In this document: piece by piece, positions 1 through 10,402 of the stretch
Position numbering within the stretch: the stretch's first letter is position 1
Layout of the letters: every line of letters starts with the position of its first letter
Assembly (NCBI GenBank): GCA_051362555.1
Contig: CM120640.1
Location: 49,516,788-49,580,787, forward strand
Direction: 5' to 3'
Length of the DNA: 64,000 nt
DNA from: Lingula anatina
Taxonomy: Eukaryota; Animalia; Brachiopoda
Made by a program: the position numbers and the translations under genes
The notes under the pieces: generated by a model
Databases searched by the model: none
What the model saw: only the letters and a program-made list of their open reading frames with translations
What the model was told of the DNA's origin: nothing

Positions 1-305
1 TGTCTGGACCTGTTAAAAATTGGACTTGGTTGGTCCAAAGGACCAACAAGAGATTTAAGAGCCGCAATTTTGAATTTACAGTCATCATTCGACATACGTC
101 ACTAATAAAATTATATAAAACCCAAAGAGTTTTTTCCCTTCCATTTCAAACCTATCACATTCACAAACAAAGTAAGCTACCGTAATCGTACTGGTAGTAT
201 CTGTCTCAAAAATAATAGAGGGATTTTCGGTCCGACAAAAATCCATTCGGTCCGGCAATGCCGGTCCAAATGTCTGGCCATTCTGAAAAGTTTTCAGCAT
301 GTCTG
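1..305. mobile_element. Probable end of a non-autonomous DNA transposon (hAT-like terminus)
   Basis: Ends GTTTTCAGCATGTCTG (290-305). The same 16-mer in reverse complement (CAGACATGCTGAAAAC) recurs at 5775. GGTCC/GGACC subterminal motifs are repeated. The other end is not in the window. Confidence 0.35.
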
Positions 306-409
306 TAATTTCATTGGGAATGCACCCTACGTTTGTGTACATTTTACCATATGACTGTGTAAATAACTATTAGATATTTGTGGAGTAACCTACACCATTT
401 TTTTAATAG

Positions 410-597
410 GCAGGGCTAATAGAAATTCCCACTTTGCTGAGTCTGGAAATTTTGGAGGACCATGTGAAATTGGGAGAAATTATTTCTACTCTAAAGCCAT
501 CATGGGAACCAGGTAATTTTCTTAAGTCACAGTTGACTTTCTGATTTTGTTGAAATTTTTAGGAAAGTTGTGTGGAGACTAGTTAATATCTAAAAAG

Positions 598-651
<54 letters not shown>

Positions 652-2851
652 TATTACAGGGATGAGATTTTTTTCAACTAGTAGGGGATATCTGACTTTT
701 TAGAGGCCAAAAATATCATTGGCTTAGGTTGACCCCGAACCCACACCATATTTTTCACTAAACGGCAGTCTCATCCCAGTAATCATTATTATTGAAGCAG
801 CATGTTGTGACACAAATGTTTAGAAATTATGATTTTATTCTTTGAAAATATTGGTATGAAAAGCAACACGAGCCATGCACTGTATACACATTTTCTTTTT
901 TCTGTAACTGTTCTTGTCAACCTGGTAGGTGATAAGCATGCTTAAATATTCTAGTGAATTTTGTGAAATTGAATAAAGTTCATATAAAACTGGATGATAC
1001 AAAACAGGGTTATATTATCAGGGAGTTGTCATGGCTACCATGCTCTCACATTTGGCTGGTTAGTTGACCAGTTGGTCAGAAGAGTGGATCCAAATCATAG
1101 AAGTGTCGGGCAGTTTTTTCAGGATGAAGTGGCAAAACCTTTTGGTGAGTTGAATTGTAAATGGATGCACATTAATGAAGAACTTTCAATCTCAAGGTTA
1201 TTTTTTTCAAACAAAATAGAGAAAACAGAAAATAATGATGACATCATGGCATGCATATATTGTTTGGACTGAAGTCAAGTAATGAACAGACTTATAATTG
1301 TTCAGATGCTAATAGCAGTCATCATTTCATTTTTTTTTCATAGGAATTGATTTCTACATTGGATTACCAGAACATCTAAACAGTTGTGTAGCTTCTCTAG
1401 AAAGGGAGAATATGTTAGATGGACTAATCACACTCATGAGGGACCAAAGGTTTAGGCCAATGCTCAAGGCAATGGGCCAAGGGGGGAATAGCCTACCATG
1501 GAAATCTTTGAAAAACCTAGGAATTGCTGGAAAGGTATTGTACAAGCTGTTTTTTTTTAATCTTGCATAGGAAGTTTGAGCAGTGGGATTATGGTAAGTT
1601 AGTGTAAATGGAAATTATAGTTGACAGTTCCAGGGGCGGATTTAAGGGGTCTTCTGGGTCTTCTGGAAGACGGTCAGATTTTCAAGTTTACATTAACGGG
1701 TATCTAATTTTTTCTGTTGGAAGACGGTCAAAAATGGAGGATAGATCAACAAAGATAATTCGGAAGACTGTCAGAAAATAACTCTGGATCCGCCCCTGAG
1801 TTCCTGATTTTTAAAAGGAAAAACTGAAGGATAATCATACAGTTATGTTATTTCTATATAGTGGATAGATTTTTAAATTTTTTTTTTCTGTTTTAGATGG
1901 ATCTTCATAAACCAGAACATTATAGCCTTGAAGTTCCAGCAGCTAATGGTATAGGGACGGCAAAAGGTGTTGCAAAAGTATTTGGGATTTTGTCCAATGG
2001 TGGATTTGATAGAGAAACAGGCAAACAGCTTCTCAGCAAAGGAATGATAGATCGCTTACTTGTTCCACTTACCTCAGGGTTGGAAAAAGTGTTTATGTTT
2101 GAGACTAACTTCAGTCTTGGTTTTGCCACTGAAGAATTTGAGGTGAGAAAATGATGAATTGTAATTATCTTTGTCAAGGGCATTTAGAAAATGAATGTTA
2201 AAAAAAAAAGAAAATTACTCCAGATGAACATCATTCAGATGATCAGAGAATAGGGAGGCAGGTCCTCTTTATTCTGGTAATTGTTTGTAGACTTAAGTAG
2301 CAGAAGTACAGAAGGTTTTGATGATGCAAACTGGGCCAGTGTTATGCTTAGAGAAGACAAGTCCATGTTTGAAGAAAGATAAAGATTTAATTAACAGATA
2401 AATATTAAAAGAATTATAGCTCGGATACCTTAACAGTGAATATGATAATGCCTCAATCTTTGCAATGGGCATAAATTGTCAAACTTTCTGACATTTAATT
2501 TTGTAATCACAGAAATCATTTTTCTGTATGGCATTTGTGGTGCTTTTACTACATATAATGGAGAACTATAGAGTAGCCTGATTTTAAATTTTGTTCCCAC
2601 CATTCAGTAGGAATGTTCTAATTTGAGTAATTACTGTATCTTTTAATTTCACATTGTAGGGTCGGACAATTTTTGGCCACTCTGGTTCTGGGGGTCAGGG
2701 TGGTTTTGCTGACCCTTACTATCACCTTGGGTGGGCATACCTGACCAGGAAAATGATGACCAGTCCCCCTGCTCAGGATAAGAGGTACCTAGCACTTAAG
2801 CATAGCATATATGAAGCTGTTGGAAGAATGCATAGAAACGGCCAGAGTTGA
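410..2851 (+). CDS. Beta-lactamase-domain (serine hydrolase, 'beta-lactamase domain-containing protein 2'-like) host gene, 3' five exons: 410-512, 1022-1144, 1344-1534, 1897-2142, 2660-2851
   Basis: GT-AG exons with compatible phases. The spliced product contains WEPG..HGYHALTFGWLVDQLVRRVDP, IDFYIGLP, EVPAANGIGTAKGVAKVF and FGHSGSGGQGGFADP, with stop TGA at 2849-2851. The 5' exons (SxxK motif) lie upstream of the window. Confidence 0.9.
600..650. repeat. (TAA)n microsatellite
   Basis: Direct reading. Confidence 0.95.
657..779. mobile_element. Small intronic MITE
   Basis: TIR CAGGGATGAGA / TCTCATCCCAG (1 mismatch), flanked by TA on both sides. Confidence 0.5.
1631..1798. mobile_element. hAT-like MITE in intron, 5-bp TSD AGTTC
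   Basis: TIR CAGGGGCGGAT / ATCCGCCCCTG. AGTTC at 1626-1630 and 1799-1803. Internal GAAGACGGTCA repeats. Confidence 0.8.
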
Positions 2852-4904
2852 TGTTAATTATGCCAAAAGATTGCTAAGATATATTGGCGATAGAAAGTTG
2901 CTGGGAAAAGATTGTGTACAGTATAATTCTTTCAGATCAAATGACCTACCCTTCCTACAGCCTTATAAGCATTTAAGAAGCTGTGGATAATTTATAGTTT
3001 TACTAAGTTTGATAATTACTTGTATATGAAAAGTGTGAGTCTGGATATGTCTGGATAAAAAAGAAAAAAACAAACCAACCAACCAAAAAAAAAAAAAAAA
3101 AAAAAAAAAACAGTCACCCCTTTCCCCCATGAATAGGAGGTGGGAGGTATTTAAGGATAATTTTAGTGAACACTAATACCCTATTCACTCTACCATTTAT
3201 TTGGAAAATATGGATTTTATAATTTGAATGGCTCTTGAAAAAAAGTAATGGGTTCTCTTGTTATTACACGTGTTAATGACTATAAAGCAAGGCCAAGTTG
3301 GATAACCTAGCAAGCCAAGTGACCACTACTTGTTTGAATGGTCACATTGGCACTACACATGAGACCATGGAAACCATTTGCTTACAAAAATGGGGACCTG
3401 TTAGACCTTTCTTAGAGAGAATAAAGTCATCTGGATTTATGCAGAATCTTCATCAAATATTTGGGTGTTGTATTTAGGCCCCAGGGCCCATAGAGCTGAG
3501 CCCTTTTTGCATTGCAGTCTTCATTTCAAAAGTCCATTTATATCTTCTTTGTGGTATTTCATTTTTCCCAATCCAGACTCCTCTTTCTGGAAATATTTTT
3601 TATCTTAAACATATAGATTTTTGCAAAGTAACAATGGAAAAGTAACTGTATGGCAGTTGCTATTCATGTTGAGTTTTCTGGCATTTTAATAAAAAGGCAC
3701 AGTACAGTTCTTGTTACATTCTCTATTTTAATTGTTCAAACTATGTCTGTTACATGACATCTGAGAGAATTACAAAGAGTGCTGGATAGGATAATTTTTG
3801 CATATTTTTCTCCAATCTCTAGACGTACTCTCACAAAATGTCTTATATAAGTAATTTATTAAGTATTTTCAATACTTCTTCTGCTCATTGTCATTATGCA
3901 TCACCCCCCACAATTTTCAATGTCCATTTTCTATTTATATATTCTTATTTACAAACATAAATCTTAAAGAGGTCCACAAAACTTATATATACATTTTAAG
4001 CTGTTCATGGCTGCATCCCTCAACAGTTTGGCTATTTTTTTTTTTTGGCTTTCTAAGGCTACGACCTTCTTATTATCATTTTCTTTTTCACGCTATTCCT
4101 CAGATGTTATCTTCAACTAAGCCACATCCTGTAGGAGTACTTCTCTCTCTCCATACTCCTCCTCTGTACCAATTGCATGTACAGTTCGGAATAAGGGGCA
4201 CAACTTGTTGAAGGCAGATTTATGTAATGACTGCAGTGCCTTGTTGGCTGGTGTATCTACTGGTGTGTTTATGCTGTCAACATAGGCTTTGGAGTCCTGG
4301 TGTCCTGGGATCTTAGGCTGGATGAGCCAATGACAAAAGGCCCTTTACTGTACTTTCTCAACCTGTCAGGCATTTTCCTTTGTGAAAGGGGGGCATAAAC
4401 AGATCTACACATCTTGCAGAATAGGGTTTGTTGGACGTCATTGACCACTAACCAGCTGAACTTCTTCCAACTATCAACTGTCCGTTTATCCCTCTGAGAT
4501 TTGTAAAGCTGACGTGACCTTTTGTTGCCTTCCTCTCTGTTAAAAGTGTTACGATTTGGGGGTTGAGTTGATGCCTACCTGAACTGCAATTCTGTTTTAA
4601 ATAAGATCACAGGTTACAACCTTACTACGCTTATATAATAACCTAAACCTAAGTTTACTCTTTAATTTATACTTATAACAATTATCTACATGCACTTTCA
4701 ATTAATGCTGCATTAATAAGTTCTCTCAGGTTATGAATTGCTGTAGGGTTTGGAATAATAGTACAGGTTGGAAAATACTCAAAATCTAATAATACTGAAA
4801 AACAACTACAAATCTGTCGTGTTAAGATTGCAACCGGTTGTGATTGCGTTATGTCATTAATGCATGGTGCCACCAAGATGGAAGTATCACGTGGGTGTCA
4901 AAAT

Positions 4905-5771
4905 AAGGGCTGCGTACCTAAACGTAACATCAGGTACAGGTACCGGTACAGAGGTTTAGGTACAGGTCCTGACCTGTACCTGTACCTGAACCAGTGTTCA
5001 GGCGCCCCATGGAGGACCGAAGGCCCGATCCCGAGCTTCCTACCTCACTTCTCAGTCATCCTCCTAGTGACTTAATCTCACAGACTCACACTTACTGAAC
5101 TTGGGACAAAAAGTCATAAGTTGTCTCACACGGAGAACAGTGACTAGTAGTGACTACACTAGACTAGAGTACTACTGTCTGTAACAGTCTAACAGACTAC
5201 AGCATACAGACAACATGTAGTTCAAACTTTCAAAGTACCTAAGAAGTTGTCCCATTGAGGGAAGTGACTAGAGTACTCAGTTAATTTAGATATTTAAAAA
5301 ACACGTACACTATGAGGCCTAATGCCATATCTACAGTTGTAAAGTTATGTAGGCCATATTTCCATGACAAAATGGTCTAACTTCTAAGTGTTCTTGTTGA
5401 GAAACAGGACATTCACATTCTCTGGCTCAAGGCAGGCTCTTTCAGCAGACACTATATCTCCAGCTGTGATGAATACCCTCTCACAAGGAACACTGGTTCC
5501 AGACACAACTAGGTAACGCTTGGCCAGGCCACTCAACAGGCCACCTCCAGAAGGCCACAATGTCATTGGTGGAGCAGAGTTTGGGAAGGTTTTTATAAGT
5601 GTGTACTTCCTGCTGTGCCCCAATTCTAATTGGCAAGGGTAGTTCCACGCGATTGACCTCCACATCCTCATCTTCATCTATGAAGATCTCTTCCATAGCT
5701 GATAGCTTTGCCAGCTTCGCAGGGACTTCCACGTCCTCATGGCTATCCTTTGTCTCCGTTTCTGACTGCAA
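4905..5771 (-). pseudogene. hAT (ZBED1/Ac-like) transposase C-terminal dimerisation-domain relic with its 3' terminus
   Basis: Frameshifted ORFs 5384-5677 and 5481-5771 give LAKRYLVVSGTSVPCERVFITAG...LEPENVNVLFL (hATC). AGGGCTG terminus and GGTAC subterminal repeats at 4906-4990. Confidence 0.8.
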
Positions 5772-5804
5772 TGACAGACATGCTGAAAACTGAAAACTTT
5801 TAAA

Positions 5805-6017
5805 AATAATTAAAGAGACTTACCTTGGTTAAGTCGAAGCTTGATTTCAATTCTTTGTGTAAAGAATTGAGGGAGGGGTTAACTGCCACCCTCCCACCCA
5901 GCTTTGTGTTATGTAATATAGTGAGATAGAGAGAGCTGTGGGGGATTAATGTAATTAAGTCCATTTGGTTAATGTGACAAAACACTTTGAAAAGTGCCCT
6001 GTGCGGATCTCAGTTAA
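5805..6017 (+). mobile_element. Isolated relic of a sister DIRS1 family (ICR half, spacer, right ITR)
   Basis: Clear similarity to 13346-13573 (GAGACTTACCTTGGTTAAGTCGAAG...CACTTTGAAAAGTGCCCTG..CGGATCTCAGTTAA) with substitutions. Confidence 0.8.
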
Positions 6018-6107
6018 AAGTACTATTAGTAATCAATTTAAAGTATCAGAAGTCTTATTGATTCCTTGACTTTGTTCTTAAATTTTCTGTATAAATCCTA
6101 TCTATTA

Positions 6108-8202
6108 TAGGGTATATCAAAAAAAGTGAACACTTAGAAAAATATCCAGAATTAAAAAAAATTATTTCATATAACAAATGTAAATATAGGTTCGTAGGGA
6201 AATTATGCTTCTATGCACCCCATGGATTGTCGTGTCTTTTCACGCATGACTGAACAGGGTCAAATTATGTCATGAGGATCAAATTTTTATTTCGAGAACT
6301 TTTTTTTCTGCAAAAGGTTGATTAATTGCCATGAAATGGTTCTGTCAATGGTTTTCAAATGAAAAACCTGCCAATTAACCTTTTGTTTCCTGTTTCCTGT
6401 TCTTTTGTCATGATCATCCAATGTTACAAGAACTTCTCCTCCACAAGTTTCAACTGAAGCAGCGTCGATATGCACAGTTTGTACGTACATGTGTGATAAC
6501 TTTAAAGTTTTAACCCTTAGTCTTCAACATGCTGTCCATTTCTGTCCAAGCAGATTTGGGCTCTTCTCCTCATGCCATAAACTGCACATCGTACTGTGGC
6601 TCTATCCCGTCGAAGAATATCCACCTCATCCCTGATACGCCTCTCAGGGTAATCCAAGTCTCGTGGTGGGGTTACATAAACCTTGGACTTGGGGTGACCC
6701 CACAAGAAGTCCAATGGGGTCATGTCGGGCAATCGTGGGGGCCATTCCACCTGACGATGCAAAGCGATAACTCGGTCGCCAAACAACTCTGTGAGACGCT
6801 CAGTGACTGTTCGTCTCCTATGTGGAGGAGCTCCATCCAGAGCCCACCAGCAGAACTGGAATCGACCATTCCTTTGACGATGAAATCGTTCAAATCGATT
6901 GACAGCAGGAACCACATTTTGATTCAACATTTCGAGGTAATCATCACCATTGATGTTGTTCCGGAAGAAAAAAGGACCGATGATGGAGCCATTCCCTATG
7001 AGGCCGATCCACACTGTCACTTTGTGGCAATAATTATTGCATTGATAACCAAAGTTCCGGGGTTGTTGTCCTTGCAGCGCATACTGCCTCACATTGTGCG
7101 AATTCACTATGCCATTTAAGGCAAATCCAGATTCATCACCAATAATGAGGTCATCAAGGAAGTGGTAATATTTCTGAAGTAGCCATTGACAGAAACGTTG
7201 TCGTCGATCTGGGTCACCTGGCAAGAGCTCATTTCGCTTGATCATTTGATACGGATAGTAATGAAGATCGAGTCTAGTGATTCTGTTTAATGTTGCTTGT
7301 GTCAAATTAAGGCCATTTCTTCAACTGCTGATTGCCTGACCTGCATTCTGGTCAGGTACCTTTCTAACAGCTGCAATGTTTGCAGCGGATCGCCCAGTTC
7401 GTCTCCAACCTGATCACTCCTTGTTCAAATTCTTACTGGTGCCTGTTGCTTCATACTTCTTTACATTTTTGTACACAGTTCCTCTCGAAGGGCAACACAT
7501 GCCTGAGAATTGTACACGGAATCTCTGAAGAACTTCGGACACACTGTCATCTGTATGATACTCCTTCACCATGAAGGAGCGTCGCTGTGGTGTGTACTGG
7601 GGCCTAACCATTGGAAAGGTCCAAATGAGGATGATGCACAGTTGACTGGCCAATTTATCCTCAAACCATTCAACATTCAAGATATTATGTAAGGTATTCA
7701 GAACTTGAATACCAACATTACCTTGGCCTACCAACAAATTACCATTCATTTAGGTCATGGTGATCAGATGTTGGTTTTCAAATGTAAACCTAATCATCAG
7801 CTAAGCATCAATGACAGAGAGCTAGAAGGTCTAGAAGGTCTTATATACATGTTCAGATAGTACACATTTACCAATCAGAACCAATTATACAATGAACAGT
7901 TTTACCTTTAAGTTACCAATCACAGGAGATTCAGACTTGCACACCGGACTATACTTTACTTATAGAGACATCTACCAGCAGCAATATAAAACAATCTCAA
8001 CTAACACACTACATCGTCACAGAAGGAGAAATTCTTGTAAAATTGGAGGTTCATGACAAAAGAACATGAAAGGCAGATAACAGGGAAGAAAAGGTTAATT
8101 GGCAGGTTTTTAATTTGAAAACCATTGATAGAACCCATTTCATGGCAATTTATCAACCTTTTGCGAAAAAAAAGTTCTCGAAGTAAAAATTTGATCCTCA
8201 TG
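6108..8202 (-). mobile_element. Tc1/mariner transposon, DD41D (rosa-type), long TIRs, right TIR truncated
   Basis: TA-TAGGGT.. start. 6272-6440 is the inverted copy of 8025-8202. Frameshifted transposase between them. The right TIR is cut at 8203 by a CAGGGTT-ended element. Confidence 0.85.
6517..7611 (-). pseudogene. DD41D Tc1/mariner transposase (frameshifted)
   Basis: MVRPQYTPQRRSFMVKEY (HTH), GDES, IGPFFF, LDGAPPH, WPPRLPDMTPLD. 41 residues between the 2nd and 3rd Asp. Confidence 0.85.
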
Positions 8203-9304
8203 CAGGGTTTGTACTCATAAGGTTCAACAAAATTTCAGGATTTTTCCAGGACTTTTCCAGGATTATTTTTAAATTTTCAGGTGTAAAAACTTTCTAATAT
8301 TTGAAGCTGTAAATTATATTTTATGAAAGGGAATATTAAGTTTAAGATCATAATACAGTCATATTTTATAAAGCCTAAAGAAAACACAAAATTTTCTGTA
8401 AAACATTTTAATTATTCAAATAAATTTGTGGTTTGACTATTTCTTTAACAATTCTTAGTCTTTCAATAGTCATTCAGTGTCTGATTTTCATTATATGAAA
8501 AATGTAGCTTTCTATTCTACACTATAACAATTCTATAAGATCTGTCATGCTACTGCACAGGAATGATACCATTGGCTTATCTGACTGGAATTTGGTGAGA
8601 AAGGGGTTTATTGATTTTGCCATTCTCTTGAAGAACGCTAGGCTAGCTTCAGTAAGAGGGTTGTTGCAGGCATCTTTGATAACTTAATATGACTTGTTTT
8701 AGGGGCGATTTATTTTCTTCTTTTCGACAGATTCTACGTAGAGTTTAATAGATGGTCATATGAGTAGGGCTCTAGTAACAACCGATAAATTCTCCAGTTA
8801 TCTATGATCGCAGAACTTCATGGGAAAATCGCTTACTCCTGTCGTATTTTTGAAATCCTGTCGTCTTGCTGGGGAGTCTTTGAATAGCCAGTGTAAATTG
8901 GTCAAGATCTGATCAGTGTCGAAAATATGGGCTCCATCCTTGAATGCACCATGGATAATATGCAAGCCGCAGCTACCGATATCAATTATACTAGCTTTAC
9001 AGTCCTTTTCAAGATTCTTTTTCGTAAGAAGAATTTCGTTGGTCTTAACTGAGATCCGGTTGCGCGCGCAGGGCACTTTAGGTTGCACGCTAGTTGAAGC
9101 AAGGAGTCTTGGTGCAATACTCCTTGGTTGAAGGGCGAATTTGTCTAGTGGCGCTGATCTTTTTCACCGAAACGTGGTTTTGGGTGATTTTTATTGTGCA
9201 CGTGGTGCATGCTATATCGTTATAGACAGTGGTATTGCCGTTTGCAACGGTATTTGGCGCAATTTCAGTCAGGTTTCGTCGTCTGCTTCTGAACACGTGG
9301 TGTC

Positions 9305-10402
9305 ATGGCGGACGAAACTACATGTAGTACCATTACTAAAAATGGACCTGAACACGTGAGTGATGGCAGGAAGGGTAAAGGGAAGTCGGCTTCCAAAAAC
9401 CCTAAGTCTGTGGAGAAATCCTCGTCAGAGGATAATATTATGTCATTACTTGTATCTTTAAAAGCCTCTGTGGACGCTCAGGACGGCAGGTTAGAGAACA
9501 TCGTCAGCCGTATTGATAATATGGAGGCGCAATATTCTCAGTATGACGACGAAGTTTACGTCGATAATGAATGTGTTGAGCCGGAGGAGGCAGGCACAAC
9601 GGGTGAAAAAAGGAAGTTGGACTCGTATCTTCCCGACACGGAAGACAACCTGTTTAAGCACATGGCCAAGAAGTTTAACATGTCGGAGGAAATGGCCGAC
9701 AACGTGGATGATGTGCTGGCCAAAACTGTGAACGATCTTTTTATGAATGGCCTGGACGAACAACATTTAAACGAGTTGATTAAACAGAACCACAGGCCAG
9801 GTAACTGTGATTACCTGCAAGTCGTGAAAACCAACCAGTTGATATGGGACCAGGTCCCAGGTTGGACCAAAGCAAACGATAGGAAAATGCAAAACATAGC
9901 ACATACTTTGGTTAAAGGTGCAAACATTTTAGTTAAAACTGTAAACCAGATGGCCTTATACGAAAGGAATCCAGAAAAGGACACGAGTGATCATACTGGC
10001 AGCATGATCGAAAACTGCAACGATGTCCTAGCACTCATGGGACATATGAACAGGCAGATAAATATGACAAGGAAAGATTTTTTGAAACCGCAATTGAGCG
10101 GAGAATATGCTCACCTCTGCAGTCATGAGCTGACTTACAGCCAAAAATTTTTATTTGGAGACGATCTTCCCAAAATGGCAAGGGATATAGAGGATTGCTC
10201 AAAAATCAAACATAAATTGTTTGACAGATCTCTCAGAGGGCGTAGAGGACGTGGTGCCAGAGGCCGTGGATCTGTGTACAGAGGTGTTAATCGACCTACT
10301 GGAGGGGGAAGACCCAGAGTGTGGCAGGATGATCCTGGAGCAGGGCCTTCTTTTGCAAAAAACTATGTACGCAGGGGACAGAGGAATCTGCCCAAGCAAT
10401 AA
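9305..10402 (+). CDS. DIRS gag-like ORF1
   Basis: Intact 365-aa ORF with RPGNC..L.V.K.N..IW, LFGDDL and an RG-rich basic C-terminus; first ORF in the DIRS. Confidence 0.85.
   Translation: MADETTCSTITKNGPEHVSDGRKGKGKSASKNPKSVEKSSSEDNIMSLLVSLKASVDAQDGRLENIVSRIDNMEAQYSQYDDEVYVDNECVEPEEAGTTGEKRKLDSYLPDTEDNLFKHMAKKFNMSEEMADNVDDVLAKTVNDLFMNGLDEQHLNELIKQNHRPGNCDYLQVVKTNQLIWDQVPGWTKANDRKMQNIAHTLVKGANILVKTVNQMALYERNPEKDTSDHTGSMIENCNDVLALMGHMNRQINMTRKDFLKPQLSGEYAHLCSHELTYSQKFLFGDDLPKMARDIEDCSKIKHKLFDRSLRGRRGRGARGRGSVYRGVNRPTGGGRPRVWQDDPGAGPSFAKNYVRRGQRNLPKQ

Noticed and set aside
410-2851. Bacterial beta-lactamase contamination or recent horizontal transfer
   Set aside because: The gene has spliceosomal introns containing MITEs and resembles the widespread metazoan serine-hydrolase family.
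3056-3110. Poly(A) tail of a retrocopy or SINE
   Set aside because: No TSD or element body was recognisable. Treated as a simple A-rich run in the 3' UTR region.
6529-7119. 196-aa plus-strand ORF (also 45434-45901, 38801-39154 and similar)
   Set aside because: Antisense shadows of TE coding regions with no recognisable motifs.
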